Shown here: piece by piece, positions 18,647 to 28,295 of the stretch
Layout: the number at the start of each line of letters is the position of its first letter
Numbering within the stretch: the first letter of the stretch is position 1
DNA from: Acidobacteriota bacterium
GTDB taxonomy: Bacteria > Acidobacteriota > UBA890 > WLXD01
Assembly (NCBI GenBank): GCA_965248695.1
Contig: CBDFKD010000001.1
Span: forward strand, 32,001 to 96,000
Length of the DNA: 64,000 nt
Direction of reading: 5' to 3'
The notes under the pieces: model-generated
Seen by the model: the letters and a program-made list of their open reading frames with translations, nothing else
Told to the model about the DNA's origin: nothing
Database searches by the model: none
Translations under genes and position numbers: made by a program

Positions 18647-20530
18647 CTACGGCACGATCACGATTGCCTCGTTCGAGGGAACAACCTGAACGCCGCAATT
18701 GTTGCCGGGATAGATGCGAACGTGGTAGATGCCCGACCCAACTGAGTTTGCCACTAGCGTCGTGTTCGTCCTGCCGAGGTCGAGGTTGGGCACCAGGTTC
18801 GACAACCCCGGCCCAGAGCCCGCCCGTAAGAAGTACGTGGTGGGAGCGTTCCCGCCGCCGGGGTTATTCCAGGTCAGCGTCACAGTTGACCCGCTAACTG
18901 TGAAGGAAAGGCCCGTTACTGCACCTGGTGGGCCAGTACACGGTCCGGGGCCGCCTCCAACAACCAACAGCACTTCGTTCGACCGTCCACCTGTGCCCGC
19001 TGAGCTAGTGGCTCGCATAGCGAGGTAGGCCGTCAAAGGTTGCACGTTCTCGGCGATCAGCGGGTTTCCAAGCCCCACGTTCGAGACGAGGATGTCCGTG
19101 CCTCCTGAAAATGACCCTACTTCCAAGATGTAGGCGGTCGGTGTGTCACCGGAGGCGGGTGGGTTCCACGAGATTGTGACCGTCGAGCCGTCGGCTGACG
19201 CCGTCAGGTTCGATGGAGCGCCCGGAACGCTGTCTTCACCGCCACCACCACCGCTTCCGTTGCCCGATCGGAAGTTCGCCACAGTACCGGCAGTCTCCCC
19301 GATGACACGAGCGTTATTGGAAACGCCTTCAATGCCCGTGGGGCCTGCTTCCGATCCGGTGTAGGACACGTTCGGGTTCGAGAAGACGTTGAGCCGTTCA
19401 CAGACAGCCGCGAACGTGTCTACACATAGGTTCCAATACGACATGACGGTTCGCCACGACTTAGCCGCCGATGGTCCGATGTGGACATGGCCCCGAGAGT
19501 CCTCGAGGTAAGCTCCGCCCCCCCCGTACGGGTCGTGTCCGGCTCCCAAGTTGTGCCCGATCTCGTGGACGAAACTAAGGTTCGACAAGCAATCGAAAGA
19601 GATCACGCTGGTCCCCCAGTAAGCCAAGGAGGGGGTGGCGAATCCGTAGAGCCAAGCGGATCCGCAGAAGCTGATTGAGTACGTGAGCATGGCGACGAGG
19701 TCTGCAGCGTACTGGTCCCGGACCCCGTCGATTGACCCCGACTCCGTGAGCCACTGCAAGTCTCTTCCTGTGGAGGATGATTCCGAGTAGTCGATCTCCT
19801 GGGTATTGGCCATAGTCAACCGAGCGGCTTGGCCACTGACGAGGAAGGCGCTGTTAGTCTGGGCAACCCCCAAATATGCGAGATTCTCAATTGCTGTCGT
19901 ACCACCTGCGAGCCGACGTGCGTTCGGCGTGTACAGCACTAGGATCCTGATATCGTCGGCAGAGTCTTCGGTCGTTGGCGATGATCGCTTCGTTTCCGAG
20001 TTAGCTGTGCCGCTCGGAGGAACGGGGAGGTGCTCCGGTGGAAGCAGCGTCGGGTCAACCTCGAGAACCCGATGTTGCCCAGCCCGCCCCGGTCTGATGC
20101 TGAAGGTTCGTGGCGCGTCGCTGATCTCCGCCGTCAGCACCCCTTGGTGAACAACGAAGATGGCCTCCTGGTATGGCCGATCTGCAACGTAGCCGACCCA
20201 GACATATCGCCCGGATGCGTAGCGCTCGAAGCGAGAGAGGATCACGACAAGTGACGCGTCAGGAAACAGGTCGAGGCGAATCGTGGCTCCTGGGCGTGGA
20301 TCTCTACGAGCCGTTGTGTCGCGACCCGGACCAGCTAGAACATCGAAGTTGACGCCAACACGGCGCTCGCGGACGACGTAGGGTTCCCGTGCCACCCGCG
20401 GCTGACTCACCGGTTCGAGTTCGACGAAGAGGCTCTCGGCAACTTCTTGCGCACTGCCGTGGCTAGCAGGCATGAGCAGCGCCGCGAGCGCAACCGCCGG
20501 CATCCCTAGGCTCGTCATCGATGGCCGCAT
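18647..20530 (-). CDS. Secreted reprolysin-like (M12B) zinc metallopeptidase with two fibronectin type III domains
   Basis: Signal peptide, HEIGHNLGAGHD, Met-turn RTVMSY, PGAPSNLTASADGSTVTISW and PGAVTGLSFTVSGSTVTLTW. Confidence 0.9.
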   Translation of the reverse strand: MRPSMTSLGMPAVALAALLMPASHGSAQEVAESLFVELEPVSQPRVAREPYVVRERRVGVNFDVLAGPGRDTTARRDPRPGATIRLDLFPDASLVVILSRFERYASGRYVWVGYVADRPYQEAIFVVHQGVLTAEISDAPRTFSIRPGRAGQHRVLEVDPTLLPPEHLPVPPSGTANSETKRSSPTTEDSADDIRILVLYTPNARRLAGGTTAIENLAYLGVAQTNSAFLVSGQAARLTMANTQEIDYSESSSTGRDLQWLTESGSIDGVRDQYAADLVAMLTYSISFCGSAWLYGFATPSLAYWGTSVISFDCLSNLSFVHEIGHNLGAGHDPYGGGGAYLEDSRGHVHIGPSAAKSWRTVMSYWNLCVDTFAAVCERLNVFSNPNVSYTGSEAGPTGIEGVSNNARVIGETAGTVANFRSGNGSGGGGGEDSVPGAPSNLTASADGSTVTISWNPPASGDTPTAYILEVGSFSGGTDILVSNVGLGNPLIAENVQPLTAYLAMRATSSAGTGGRSNEVLLVVGGGPGPCTGPPGAVTGLSFTVSGSTVTLTWNNPGGGNAPTTYFLRAGSGPGLSNLVPNLDLGRTNTTLVANSVGSGIYHVRIYPGNNCGVQVVPSNEAIVIVP

Positions 20531-20633
20531 CGATGTCTCTTGTCGGCGGGATGGCAGTCGCGCGCGGGGGGTATACGTCGCACATCTTCTCCGTACGGGC
20601 GCTCGTTAACCGGTTTCGGCGCCGTGTCGGCTG

Positions 20634-21029
20634 GTGGGTTGTGCGGCCCCCAACTCACCTGCCCATGTAAGTACGCTCAGGGAAGCGGTTTCGATTATCG
20701 GGGACAAGGGGGAGAAACGTAAAGCCTCAGCACGGGACCGGGTGACGCCCCATACGCTGCGGCATTCGTGGGCGACCACGCTGGCCGGACACGGAGTCGA
20801 CCGGCACGACCTCAAGAGGTGGGGTGGGTGGACGCAAGACACCACTGTGAGTCGTTACGTCGACGAGGCGCGCACCGCGAAACGCCAGGTCAAGACGGTG
20901 CGGATCGACGAGATTCGATTCTTCGAGCCGACGCTGGAGGTGCTAGGCAGCGTCGCTCCCACAGATAACTTGGTGCGAATCTTGGTGCGACTCGGTCAGA
21001 TCGGCTCGAAGGCCGTTTCCGGCGCGTGA
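20634..21029 (+). pseudogene. Tyrosine recombinase/integrase C-terminal remnant
   Basis: VTPHTLRHSWAT (HxxR), WGGWT, TVSRYV (catalytic Tyr); N-terminal two thirds absent. Confidence 0.85.
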
Positions 21030-21052
21030 CGTAAACCCCCATGAACATCAAG

Positions 21053-21136
21053 TGCCCAAGAGAGGACTTGAACCTCCACGGGGTTGCCCCCACTAGGTCC
21101 TGAACCTAGCGCGTCTGCCAATTCCGCCACTTGGGC
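21053..21136 (-). tRNA. tRNA-Leu(CAG)
   Basis: GCCCAAG acceptor, D-loop GGCGGAATTGGCAGACGC, CTAGG-TT-CAG-GA-CCTAG, long variable arm, GGTTCAAGTCC; CCA not encoded. Confidence 0.97.
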
Positions 21137-21147
21137 AATAGCGGGCG

Positions 21148-21156
21148 AGTATAGCA
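21148..21156 (-). promoter_or_regulatory. Extended -10 promoter of tRNA-Leu
   Basis: TGcTATACT 11 nt upstream of the mature 5' end. Confidence 0.65.
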
Positions 21157-21200
21157 AGGGTGGAGCAGACCGTGGCGACATGCTGTCGAGCTCTGGTAGC

Positions 21201-23030
21201 TCAGCGCATCAGGGGCAGATCGGGCTCCACCGACGGACGTACGAGGACGCCGAGGTTGCGGGTGTCGCCGCTTCCTTCGGTGTCGAACATCGGTAGCGTC
21301 CCCTGCTCGGACCAGATGCTGAGCCGGTACAGCCAGCTGGGTCCCTCGATGTAACGCTGCGTTTCGTCGATCGGGAGAGTGAGCTCGATGGCGGTGCGTG
21401 GCTCGATGTGCCGCTCGATCACCTGGCTGCCGAAGCGCACCACGACTCGGTTGGGCAGCGAGCGATTGCGGATCCGGAGCGTGATGCTCTCGGCCGGAGC
21501 GGCGGTTCGCAGCACAACCTCGGCCTCGCGCCCTCCTTTGGTCCAGAATCCGCCGATGCCCGCCTCTGACAGATAGGTGTTGTCGTCGAGGAAGTAGGCG
21601 TGAAACATCGCCGGTCGCATCTGGCGCCGCGCTCGCGGGTTGGTGTTGAACGGCAGGTTGTGGAGAATCGTCAGCTCTACCGGGAACAGCGTGTACGGCA
21701 TGCGTGTCGTGTGTGCCGCCGGTCGGAGCGAAGCGGTTACTGGGCTCAGCACGATCTGCGCCAGGCAGGCGCCCCAGACGACCCACGAGGCCGCCGAAGC
21801 GGTGACGCGTGAGGCGGCGGGCAGCAGGAAGAAGAGCACCGGGTAGACGTTGGCGAAGTAGCGGCTGCCGACGGTTCCGCCGCCGCCGATCCAGTTACCG
21901 CGCACGTAGAGCAGGATCGCCACAATCTCCAGAAGCCAGAACGCCGCCAGCAGGCCGCGCGGGCTAAACAGGCGCCGGCGGGGACTGACCAGGAACAGTC
22001 CCAGAGCCAGGACCGCGGGAAACATGTAGAGCACCATGCCGCCGTTGCGCCCGATCCAGACATAGACGACGTCGCGGGCGAACGTGTCGAGCGGCGGCAG
22101 CGCGGCCGCAAAGTCCGCCAGGTTGGTGGTCATGTCGATGCCGATCGAATCGAACGTCGCATCGGGACCCATGAAAGGGTACGAGGTGTTGACGTTGAAC
22201 TGCCGGCGGTCCCCGCCCTGGTAGTTGGGGCTTCCGATCCACGCCCAGGTGACGGCGAACATCGCCACGATGACGCCGGCGCAAAGCGTGCCGCAGGCAA
22301 AGGCGCGGCCCCAGCGTCGTCGCGACAGTTGCCACAGCAACAGCGGGGCGATGAGCAGCAGGTTGGGTGGCTTCGAGAAGATCGCCAGACCGTAAACAAC
22401 CGCTGCAGCATAGTCGGTCCACTCACCGTCAAGCAGCGAGCTGCCAGCCGTGCTGGCGGATCCGGTGCGCGCTTCCTTGTACAACCAAAGAAACGTCGCC
22501 AGGAACATCAGCGTGCAGTTGAACCACTCCGGCGTCATCCAGAAAAAGTAGAGGGTTACGACGGAGCCGAGGACGTACGTAACGGTGAACAGGCTGGCCG
22601 TCGCCGACGAGGATTCGCGGCGCGCATAGGCAAAGCCGGCGGCGAGCATCGCTGCCAGCAGCAGCGCGTGCAACACGAAGAAGCCGTTGTCGCCGAACAG
22701 TCGGACGAAGGGCGCAGCGACAAACGGGTAGATCCATGCCTTGGAGTAGTAGAGGTGCCCGTTGGCGGGATTGCGGACGAGGAAGATGCCCGACGGGCCG
22801 CCGCCGTAGCCGGCGGCGTAGACGCGCTCGAGGTCCTTGCGCTCGTAGCGGATATCGCCGTCGAACGCGAAGCTGTGGGCCATCGAATGGTAGACGGCCT
22901 CGTCGCTCCAGAAGATGCCCGTGTGGGTGCCGTTGGTCTTGTTGTCGGCGACGCGCAGGGTGGCGGCGTATCCCAGCGCGGCCAGTGATATGAGCACCAG
23001 GACCAGCGCTGGCAGGCGGCGTCCGAGCAT
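21201..23030 (-). CDS. Multi-TM membrane protein, GT-C (ArnT/PMT-like) glycosyltransferase-like
   Basis: WSDEAVY after the first TM, many TM helices, AIFSKPP, GSRYF, soluble C-terminal domain. Confidence 0.7.
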   Translation of the reverse strand: MLGRRLPALVLVLISLAALGYAATLRVADNKTNGTHTGIFWSDEAVYHSMAHSFAFDGDIRYERKDLERVYAAGYGGGPSGIFLVRNPANGHLYYSKAWIYPFVAAPFVRLFGDNGFFVLHALLLAAMLAAGFAYARRESSSATASLFTVTYVLGSVVTLYFFWMTPEWFNCTLMFLATFLWLYKEARTGSASTAGSSLLDGEWTDYAAAVVYGLAIFSKPPNLLLIAPLLLWQLSRRRWGRAFACGTLCAGVIVAMFAVTWAWIGSPNYQGGDRRQFNVNTSYPFMGPDATFDSIGIDMTTNLADFAAALPPLDTFARDVVYVWIGRNGGMVLYMFPAVLALGLFLVSPRRRLFSPRGLLAAFWLLEIVAILLYVRGNWIGGGGTVGSRYFANVYPVLFFLLPAASRVTASAASWVVWGACLAQIVLSPVTASLRPAAHTTRMPYTLFPVELTILHNLPFNTNPRARRQMRPAMFHAYFLDDNTYLSEAGIGGFWTKGGREAEVVLRTAAPAESITLRIRNRSLPNRVVVRFGSQVIERHIEPRTAIELTLPIDETQRYIEGPSWLYRLSIWSEQGTLPMFDTEGSGDTRNLGVLVRPSVEPDLPLMR

Positions 23031-23307
23031 GGTCGAGAGGGTACAACAGCCGGAGTCGGCGTGTTCCTGCGGCAGATGCTATGCTTCGAGCGTGGCCGTA
23101 CGCTGACCGGTACCACGGGTTGCGGCCGCGCGAAGGGCCTTACGTTTCGCTCACCCACCCCGATCTCGGGGCGCGAACGGTATGGCGGCCCCGCGGCGCG
23201 ACCACTCAATGCGCAGCATCGTAAAGGCGCAGCATCGCACCAGACACTCGCACGTGAACATACGATGAGACTGCGCGCACGAGACAACTGTCAGCATAGA
23301 GCTGTAA

Positions 23308-26109
23308 ATGACCATCTCCACGTCTGCCGAGCCTACGCTCGACCCGACCCGTCTCCTTACTCACCTGCGCGATTCAGCGCGCGGCCCGGTGTCTCCCGAC
23401 ACCCTCGCCAGCGAGCTTGAGCTCGACGCCGAACACGCTGCCCAACTCCAGGATCTGCTCGACGAGCTCGTAGCAACCGGTGCGGTCGTCGAAACGCGCG
23501 GCCGCTACGGTGCGCCCGAGCGCATGAACCTGGTCGTCGGACGCCTGAGCGCCCACCCCGATGGGTTCGCGTTCGTCGTGCCCGCGGCGGCGACCGGCCA
23601 GGCGGATCTGTTCATACCCGGCCATCAACTGCGTGGTGCGCTCCACGGTGACCGTGTCATTGCTCGCTTCGAGCACCAGCGACGCAGCGGCAAACGAGAG
23701 GGCCGGGTGATTCGGGTGCTCGAGCGCTCGCGCACCAAGATCGTTGCCAAGCTCGAGGCCGCCGGTGGGCTCGCCTACGCACGGCCGATCGATCGACGCC
23801 TCGGCAACGAGATCGTCGTTCCGCCGGATGCTCTCGGTGAAGCCACCGATGGTCAGATCGTTGCCGTCGAGATCACCGAGTACCCCCACGGCCGTCGCAG
23901 CGCCGTTGGCAAGGTCGTAGAGGTGATCGGAGACGCCGCCGACGCGAAGGTCGACGTCGAGATCGTCATCCGTGAGTACGCCCTGCGCCACGAGTTCCCT
24001 GCCGAGGTGCTGCAGGAGGCGAGCAAAGTCGCTACCGAGGTGAGCGCCGAGGAAATCGAGGGCCGCCAGGACTTCCGGGCGTTGCCAGTCATCACGATCG
24101 ACGGTGAGAACGCTCAGGATTTCGACGATGCGGTCTATGTGGAAGCGCAGCCGGACGGGACCTATCGGCTGCATGTCCACATCGCCGACGTGGCGCACTA
24201 CGTGGCGCCGGACTCGTTGGTTGACGCTGAGGCACGCGAACGCGCGACCTCGGTGTACTTCCCCGACCGCGTCCTGCCGATGTTGCCGGAATCGCTTTCA
24301 AACGGGATCTGTTCGCTGAAACCCGATGTCGACCGGCTGGTGCAGTCGCTCGTCGTCGATATCGATCGCCAGGGCCGCACGGTGAACTACGAGTTCCACG
24401 ACGGCGTCATCCATTCCGCTGCGCGCATGACCTACCGACAGGTGGCGACAATACTGGACGGCGACGAGAGCGCCCGAGAAGGGCAAGAGGCACACGTCGA
24501 GAACCTCGAGCGCATGCGCGATCTGGCGAAGATCCTCATGGACGCGCGTCGGCAGCGCGGCAGCATCGACTTCGACCTGCCGGAGCCCGAGCTCGTCATC
24601 AACCTCCGTGGCGAGACCGAGGACATCGTGCGCGCCGAACGAAACACGGCGCACCGGATCATCGAGGAGTTCATGATCCGGGCTAACGAAGTCGTCGCCA
24701 GCCACATGACATGGGAGGGCGTCGAGGGCTTGTACCGCGTGCATGAGGGCCCGGACGAGACGCGCGTGGACGCCTTACGCGATTTCCTGTCTGGCCTCGG
24801 CTACACGTTCGGCGGTGGACGTACACCCACCCCGCGCCACTTCAGCGAGCTGCTCGAACGGCTCGAGGGTCGTCCAGAAGAGCGCGTCGTGTCGATGCTG
24901 GTGCTACGCACGATGAAACGGGCGCAGTACCAGGTCGAGAACGACGGCCACTTCGGTCTGGCGTCGGAGCGTTACGCGCACTTCACCTCGCCCATTCGGC
25001 GATACCCCGACCTCACCGTGCACCGGGTATTGAAGCTCGAACGCGACGCCACCGCAGAGTCAGACACTGCGGCGACTCCGCCGATGGATCTCCAGAGCAT
25101 CGCCACCGACTGCTCGACCCAGGAGCGTCGCGCCGAGGAGGCTGAACGCGAGTACTGCGCCTGGAAGAAGGTGCAGTTCATGTCCGACAAGCTCGGGGAG
25201 GTCTACGAGGGCCACATCGTCGGTGTGCAGGCCTTCGGTTTCTTCGTCGAGCTCGATCAAGTGTTGGTCGAGGGAATGGTGCCGGTTTCGACACTGAGCG
25301 ACGATTACTACAAGTTCGACGAGGCCAAGCACAGCCTGCGTGGGGAGCGCGGCAGCCGTGTGCTGGCGCTCGGTGATCAGGTGCGCGTACGGGTCGCCAA
25401 GGTAGACCTGGAGCGCCGCCGGTTAGACTTCGCGCTCGAAGAAGGGCCGCTCGCCAAGACGGCGCCGGCGCCGGAGAAGCGACCCCGGCGTCGCGGTGGA
25501 CGTCGCCGTGGCGGGCGTGGACGAGCGCAACCGCTAGCGGCAGACGCCCCACCCGAGGGCGAAGAGGGGCGGCAGCCCGCGCAGGGGGCCGAGAGCGAGG
25601 GTTCGGCGGCACCGTCGGATGGCTCGAAGCCACGTCGTCGTCGCGGACGTCGCGGTGGCCGGCGTCGCCGGCGCACCACAACGGCTTCGGGTGCCGAAGA
25701 TGCGAGCGCCGGAAGCGCATCAGCGGCTAGTGACGCGGTCGATACGAAAGACGAGAAAGTGGCCAGCAAGCGCGGTAGCGGCGCCAGCGCCCAGCAGGGA
25801 CGCGGTGGTCGCCGGCGCGGTGGCCGAGACTCCGATAGCGGCGCAGGGCGTGGGCGCAGCAAGTCGTCCGGGGATCGCAAGCGCTCCGCTGGCGACGAGG
25901 CCGGCGCGAAGTCGAGCTCCGAATCGCGCGGTCGCGGTGGGCGAGGTCGCGGGCGCAACGATCGACGTCCTGGTGGGCGCGGACGACGGCCCGAGGGTGC
26001 GATGCCGGCGCCGACACGTCCGGAGCCAACCGAGCAGACGACGAAGCCCAAGGAAGACGGCGCCGAGCGTCCGTCGGTCAACCCGTACCTTACCGATGTG
26101 GACTTCTAG
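23308..26109 (+). CDS. rnr: Ribonuclease R with long Arg/Gly-rich disordered C-terminal tail
   Basis: HPDGFAFV, ITIDGENAQDFDDA, IEEFMIRANE, HFTSPIRRYPDL, S1 domain. Confidence 0.95.
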   Translation: MTISTSAEPTLDPTRLLTHLRDSARGPVSPDTLASELELDAEHAAQLQDLLDELVATGAVVETRGRYGAPERMNLVVGRLSAHPDGFAFVVPAAATGQADLFIPGHQLRGALHGDRVIARFEHQRRSGKREGRVIRVLERSRTKIVAKLEAAGGLAYARPIDRRLGNEIVVPPDALGEATDGQIVAVEITEYPHGRRSAVGKVVEVIGDAADAKVDVEIVIREYALRHEFPAEVLQEASKVATEVSAEEIEGRQDFRALPVITIDGENAQDFDDAVYVEAQPDGTYRLHVHIADVAHYVAPDSLVDAEARERATSVYFPDRVLPMLPESLSNGICSLKPDVDRLVQSLVVDIDRQGRTVNYEFHDGVIHSAARMTYRQVATILDGDESAREGQEAHVENLERMRDLAKILMDARRQRGSIDFDLPEPELVINLRGETEDIVRAERNTAHRIIEEFMIRANEVVASHMTWEGVEGLYRVHEGPDETRVDALRDFLSGLGYTFGGGRTPTPRHFSELLERLEGRPEERVVSMLVLRTMKRAQYQVENDGHFGLASERYAHFTSPIRRYPDLTVHRVLKLERDATAESDTAATPPMDLQSIATDCSTQERRAEEAEREYCAWKKVQFMSDKLGEVYEGHIVGVQAFGFFVELDQVLVEGMVPVSTLSDDYYKFDEAKHSLRGERGSRVLALGDQVRVRVAKVDLERRRLDFALEEGPLAKTAPAPEKRPRRRGGRRRGGRGRAQPLAADAPPEGEEGRQPAQGAESEGSAAPSDGSKPRRRRGRRGGRRRRRTTTASGAEDASAGSASAASDAVDTKDEKVASKRGSGASAQQGRGGRRRGGRDSDSGAGRGRSKSSGDRKRSAGDEAGAKSSSESRGRGGRGRGRNDRRPGGRGRRPEGAMPAPTRPEPTEQTTKPKEDGAERPSVNPYLTDVDF

Positions 26110-26164
26110 GTTCTGCCGCATCGAATCCACGAGGGCCGGCCGGCGGGTCCACTAGAATCACCGT

Positions 26165-27619
26165 ATGGGCAGCGTCGCCGGGGCAGCGTACGAGACCGTC
26201 ATCGGGCTGGAGGTGCACGTCCACCTGCGCACCCGAACGAAGCTGTTCTGCGGCTGTGCGCCAGAGTTCGGAGACGCGCCGAACCTGCACACCTGTCCGG
26301 TGTGTCTGGGCCTCCCGGGGGCGCTTCCGGTCGTCAACGAGCGCGCCATACGGCTGTCCACCGTGGTCGCGGTGGCGCTCGGCTGTGAGATCGCCTCGCG
26401 TGCCGTCTTCGCGCGCAAGAATTACTTCTACCCGGACCTGCCGAAGGGATACCAGATCTCGCAGTACGACTTGCCGATCGGCACTGGCGGACAGCTTCGC
26501 TACCACAGCGAAGATGGCGCCGAGTGCACTCGTATCCACCGGGTTCACCTGGAGGAGGACGCCGGCAAGTCATCGCATGGCGGCAACGGCGCCGATGGGC
26601 AGACGCTGATCGATCTGAATCGCTGCGGGACACCGCTGCTGGAGATCGTCACCGAGCCCGACTTGGACAGCCCGCAACAGGCAAGCGATTTTCTCGCCGC
26701 GCTGCGCATCACGTTGCTGCACCTCGGTGTCACCGATGCCAACATGGAGGAGGGGAGCCTGCGGTGTGACGCCAACGTCTCGCTGCGACCGACCGGGCAG
26801 GCCGAGCTCAATCCGAAGACCGAGCTCAAGAACCTCAACTCGTTTCGGTTTCTCCGTCAGGCGCTGACGTTCGAGCAGCGGCGCCAGACGGCCCTGCTCG
26901 ACGCCGGCGGCACGCTTCACACTGCTACCCGTCTCTGGGACGTGGAGAGTGGAGAGACGGTTCAGATGCGTTCGAAGGAGGAGGAGCACGACTATCGCTA
27001 CTTCCCCGATCCTGACTTGGTGCCGTTGCAGATCGACGCGGCGGCGGTGGAAGCGGCGCAGCAACGTGTTCCGGAACTGCCCTTCGAGCGCGCCGAGCGT
27101 CTCGCGCGCTCGAGCGACCTACCCACCGACGATGCCCGGTGGCTGGTCGAGGACCCGGAGCGCGCCGGGTACTACGAGGCCGTAGTGGAGGCGGGCGCGG
27201 ACGCCTCCGTGGCGAGCAACTGGATGCGTGGCGAGGTCGCTGCTTGGCTGCGACAGCACGACGTTGAGATCTCTGCCTTCCCGGTCGGTGCCGGCGCGCT
27301 CGCCGATCTGCTGGAGGCCATCAGCGACCGAACGATCTCGAATTCTGCCGCCAAGAAGGTCCTCGAGCGGATGGCGGCGACGGGAGCGGCGGCGCGTGAG
27401 ATCATCGCGGCCGAGGCGCTCGAACAGGTGGGTGACCCGGCCGTGCTCCGGCCGATCATTGCCAGCGTGGTGAGCGCGCGGGAGGCCGAGGCTCGGGCGT
27501 ACCGTGATGGCCGCCACCAGGTGCTGGGCGTTCTCATCGGAGAGGTCATGCGTGAGAGCCAGGGCCGAGCCGACCCTGCTCTGGTACGACGATTGCTCGA
27601 GGAGAAGCTGCAAGAATGA
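26165..27619 (+). CDS. gatB: Asp/Glu-tRNA amidotransferase subunit B
   Basis: IGLEVHVHL, YFYPDLPKGYQISQ, HLEEDAGK, LRCDANVS, YRYFPDPDL. Confidence 0.97.
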   Translation: MGSVAGAAYETVIGLEVHVHLRTRTKLFCGCAPEFGDAPNLHTCPVCLGLPGALPVVNERAIRLSTVVAVALGCEIASRAVFARKNYFYPDLPKGYQISQYDLPIGTGGQLRYHSEDGAECTRIHRVHLEEDAGKSSHGGNGADGQTLIDLNRCGTPLLEIVTEPDLDSPQQASDFLAALRITLLHLGVTDANMEEGSLRCDANVSLRPTGQAELNPKTELKNLNSFRFLRQALTFEQRRQTALLDAGGTLHTATRLWDVESGETVQMRSKEEEHDYRYFPDPDLVPLQIDAAAVEAAQQRVPELPFERAERLARSSDLPTDDARWLVEDPERAGYYEAVVEAGADASVASNWMRGEVAAWLRQHDVEISAFPVGAGALADLLEAISDRTISNSAAKKVLERMAATGAAAREIIAAEALEQVGDPAVLRPIIASVVSAREAEARAYRDGRHQVLGVLIGEVMRESQGRADPALVRRLLEEKLQE

Positions 27620-28293
27620 TCCGCGCCTTCCACGTGACCAAACGCTACGGCAGCATCACTGCGCTACGCGACGTCAACGTGCAGATCCGCCCGGGCGAGT
27701 TCGTCTTTCTCACCGGCGCCAGCGGCGCCGGCAAAACAACCCTGTTGCGGTTGCTGTATCGAGCCGAGCTTCCGACCAGTGGTCAGCTACTGGTTGACGG
27801 CCGCAACGTCGCCAGCTTCAGCCGTCGCGAGGTGCCGCCGTTTCGCCGCCGCATCGGCCTGGTGTTCCAGGACGCGCGACTGATCGAGGACCGCAGCGCG
27901 CTGGAGAACGTCGGTTTCGTCGGCCGTGTGCTGGGCCTGTCGCGTGCCGAGGCCGGACGCCGCGCCGCCGAGCTGTTGAAGCTCACCGGGCTCGAGCACC
28001 GTGCCGACCTGTACCCGGCGCAGCTGTCCGCTGGTGAGCAGCAGCGCGTCGGCCTGTCGCGGGCCCTGATGTCGGCCCCCGTGCTGTTGTTGGCCGACGA
28101 GCCTACCGGCAACCTGGACCCGGATACGGCGATCGAGATGTTGCGCATCTTCAGAGCGATCAATCGTCGCGGAACGACCGTCGTGCTGGCAACACACGAT
28201 CCCGACATGATCGCCGCCCTTGGCCGACGCACGTTGCTTATCGAGCAGGGGCGATTGCGGTCGCTCGATCGGCGTCACGCAGCGACAGGCTGA
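27616..28293 (+). CDS. ftsE: Cell division ATP-binding protein FtsE
   Basis: GASGAGKT, RRIGLVFQD, ADEPTGNLDP; precedes ftsX. Confidence 0.9.
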   Translation: MIRAFHVTKRYGSITALRDVNVQIRPGEFVFLTGASGAGKTTLLRLLYRAELPTSGQLLVDGRNVASFSRREVPPFRRRIGLVFQDARLIEDRSALENVGFVGRVLGLSRAEAGRRAAELLKLTGLEHRADLYPAQLSAGEQQRVGLSRALMSAPVLLLADEPTGNLDPDTAIEMLRIFRAINRRGTTVVLATHDPDMIAALGRRTLLIEQGRLRSLDRRHAATG

Positions 28294-28295
28294 AC

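Larger units (their letters stand above)
18323..21110. mobile_element. Decayed integrative element in tRNA-Leu(CAG)
   Basis: tRNA-derived direct repeats at both ends, TTGGTGCGA(A/C)TC repeats near both ends, integrase remnant, cargo with more A/T-ending codons than its neighbours. Confidence 0.88.

Noticed and set aside
21195-21206. GGTAGCTCAG tRNA-like motif
   Set aside because: No D-stem partner or cloverleaf; overlaps the stop of the membrane protein gene
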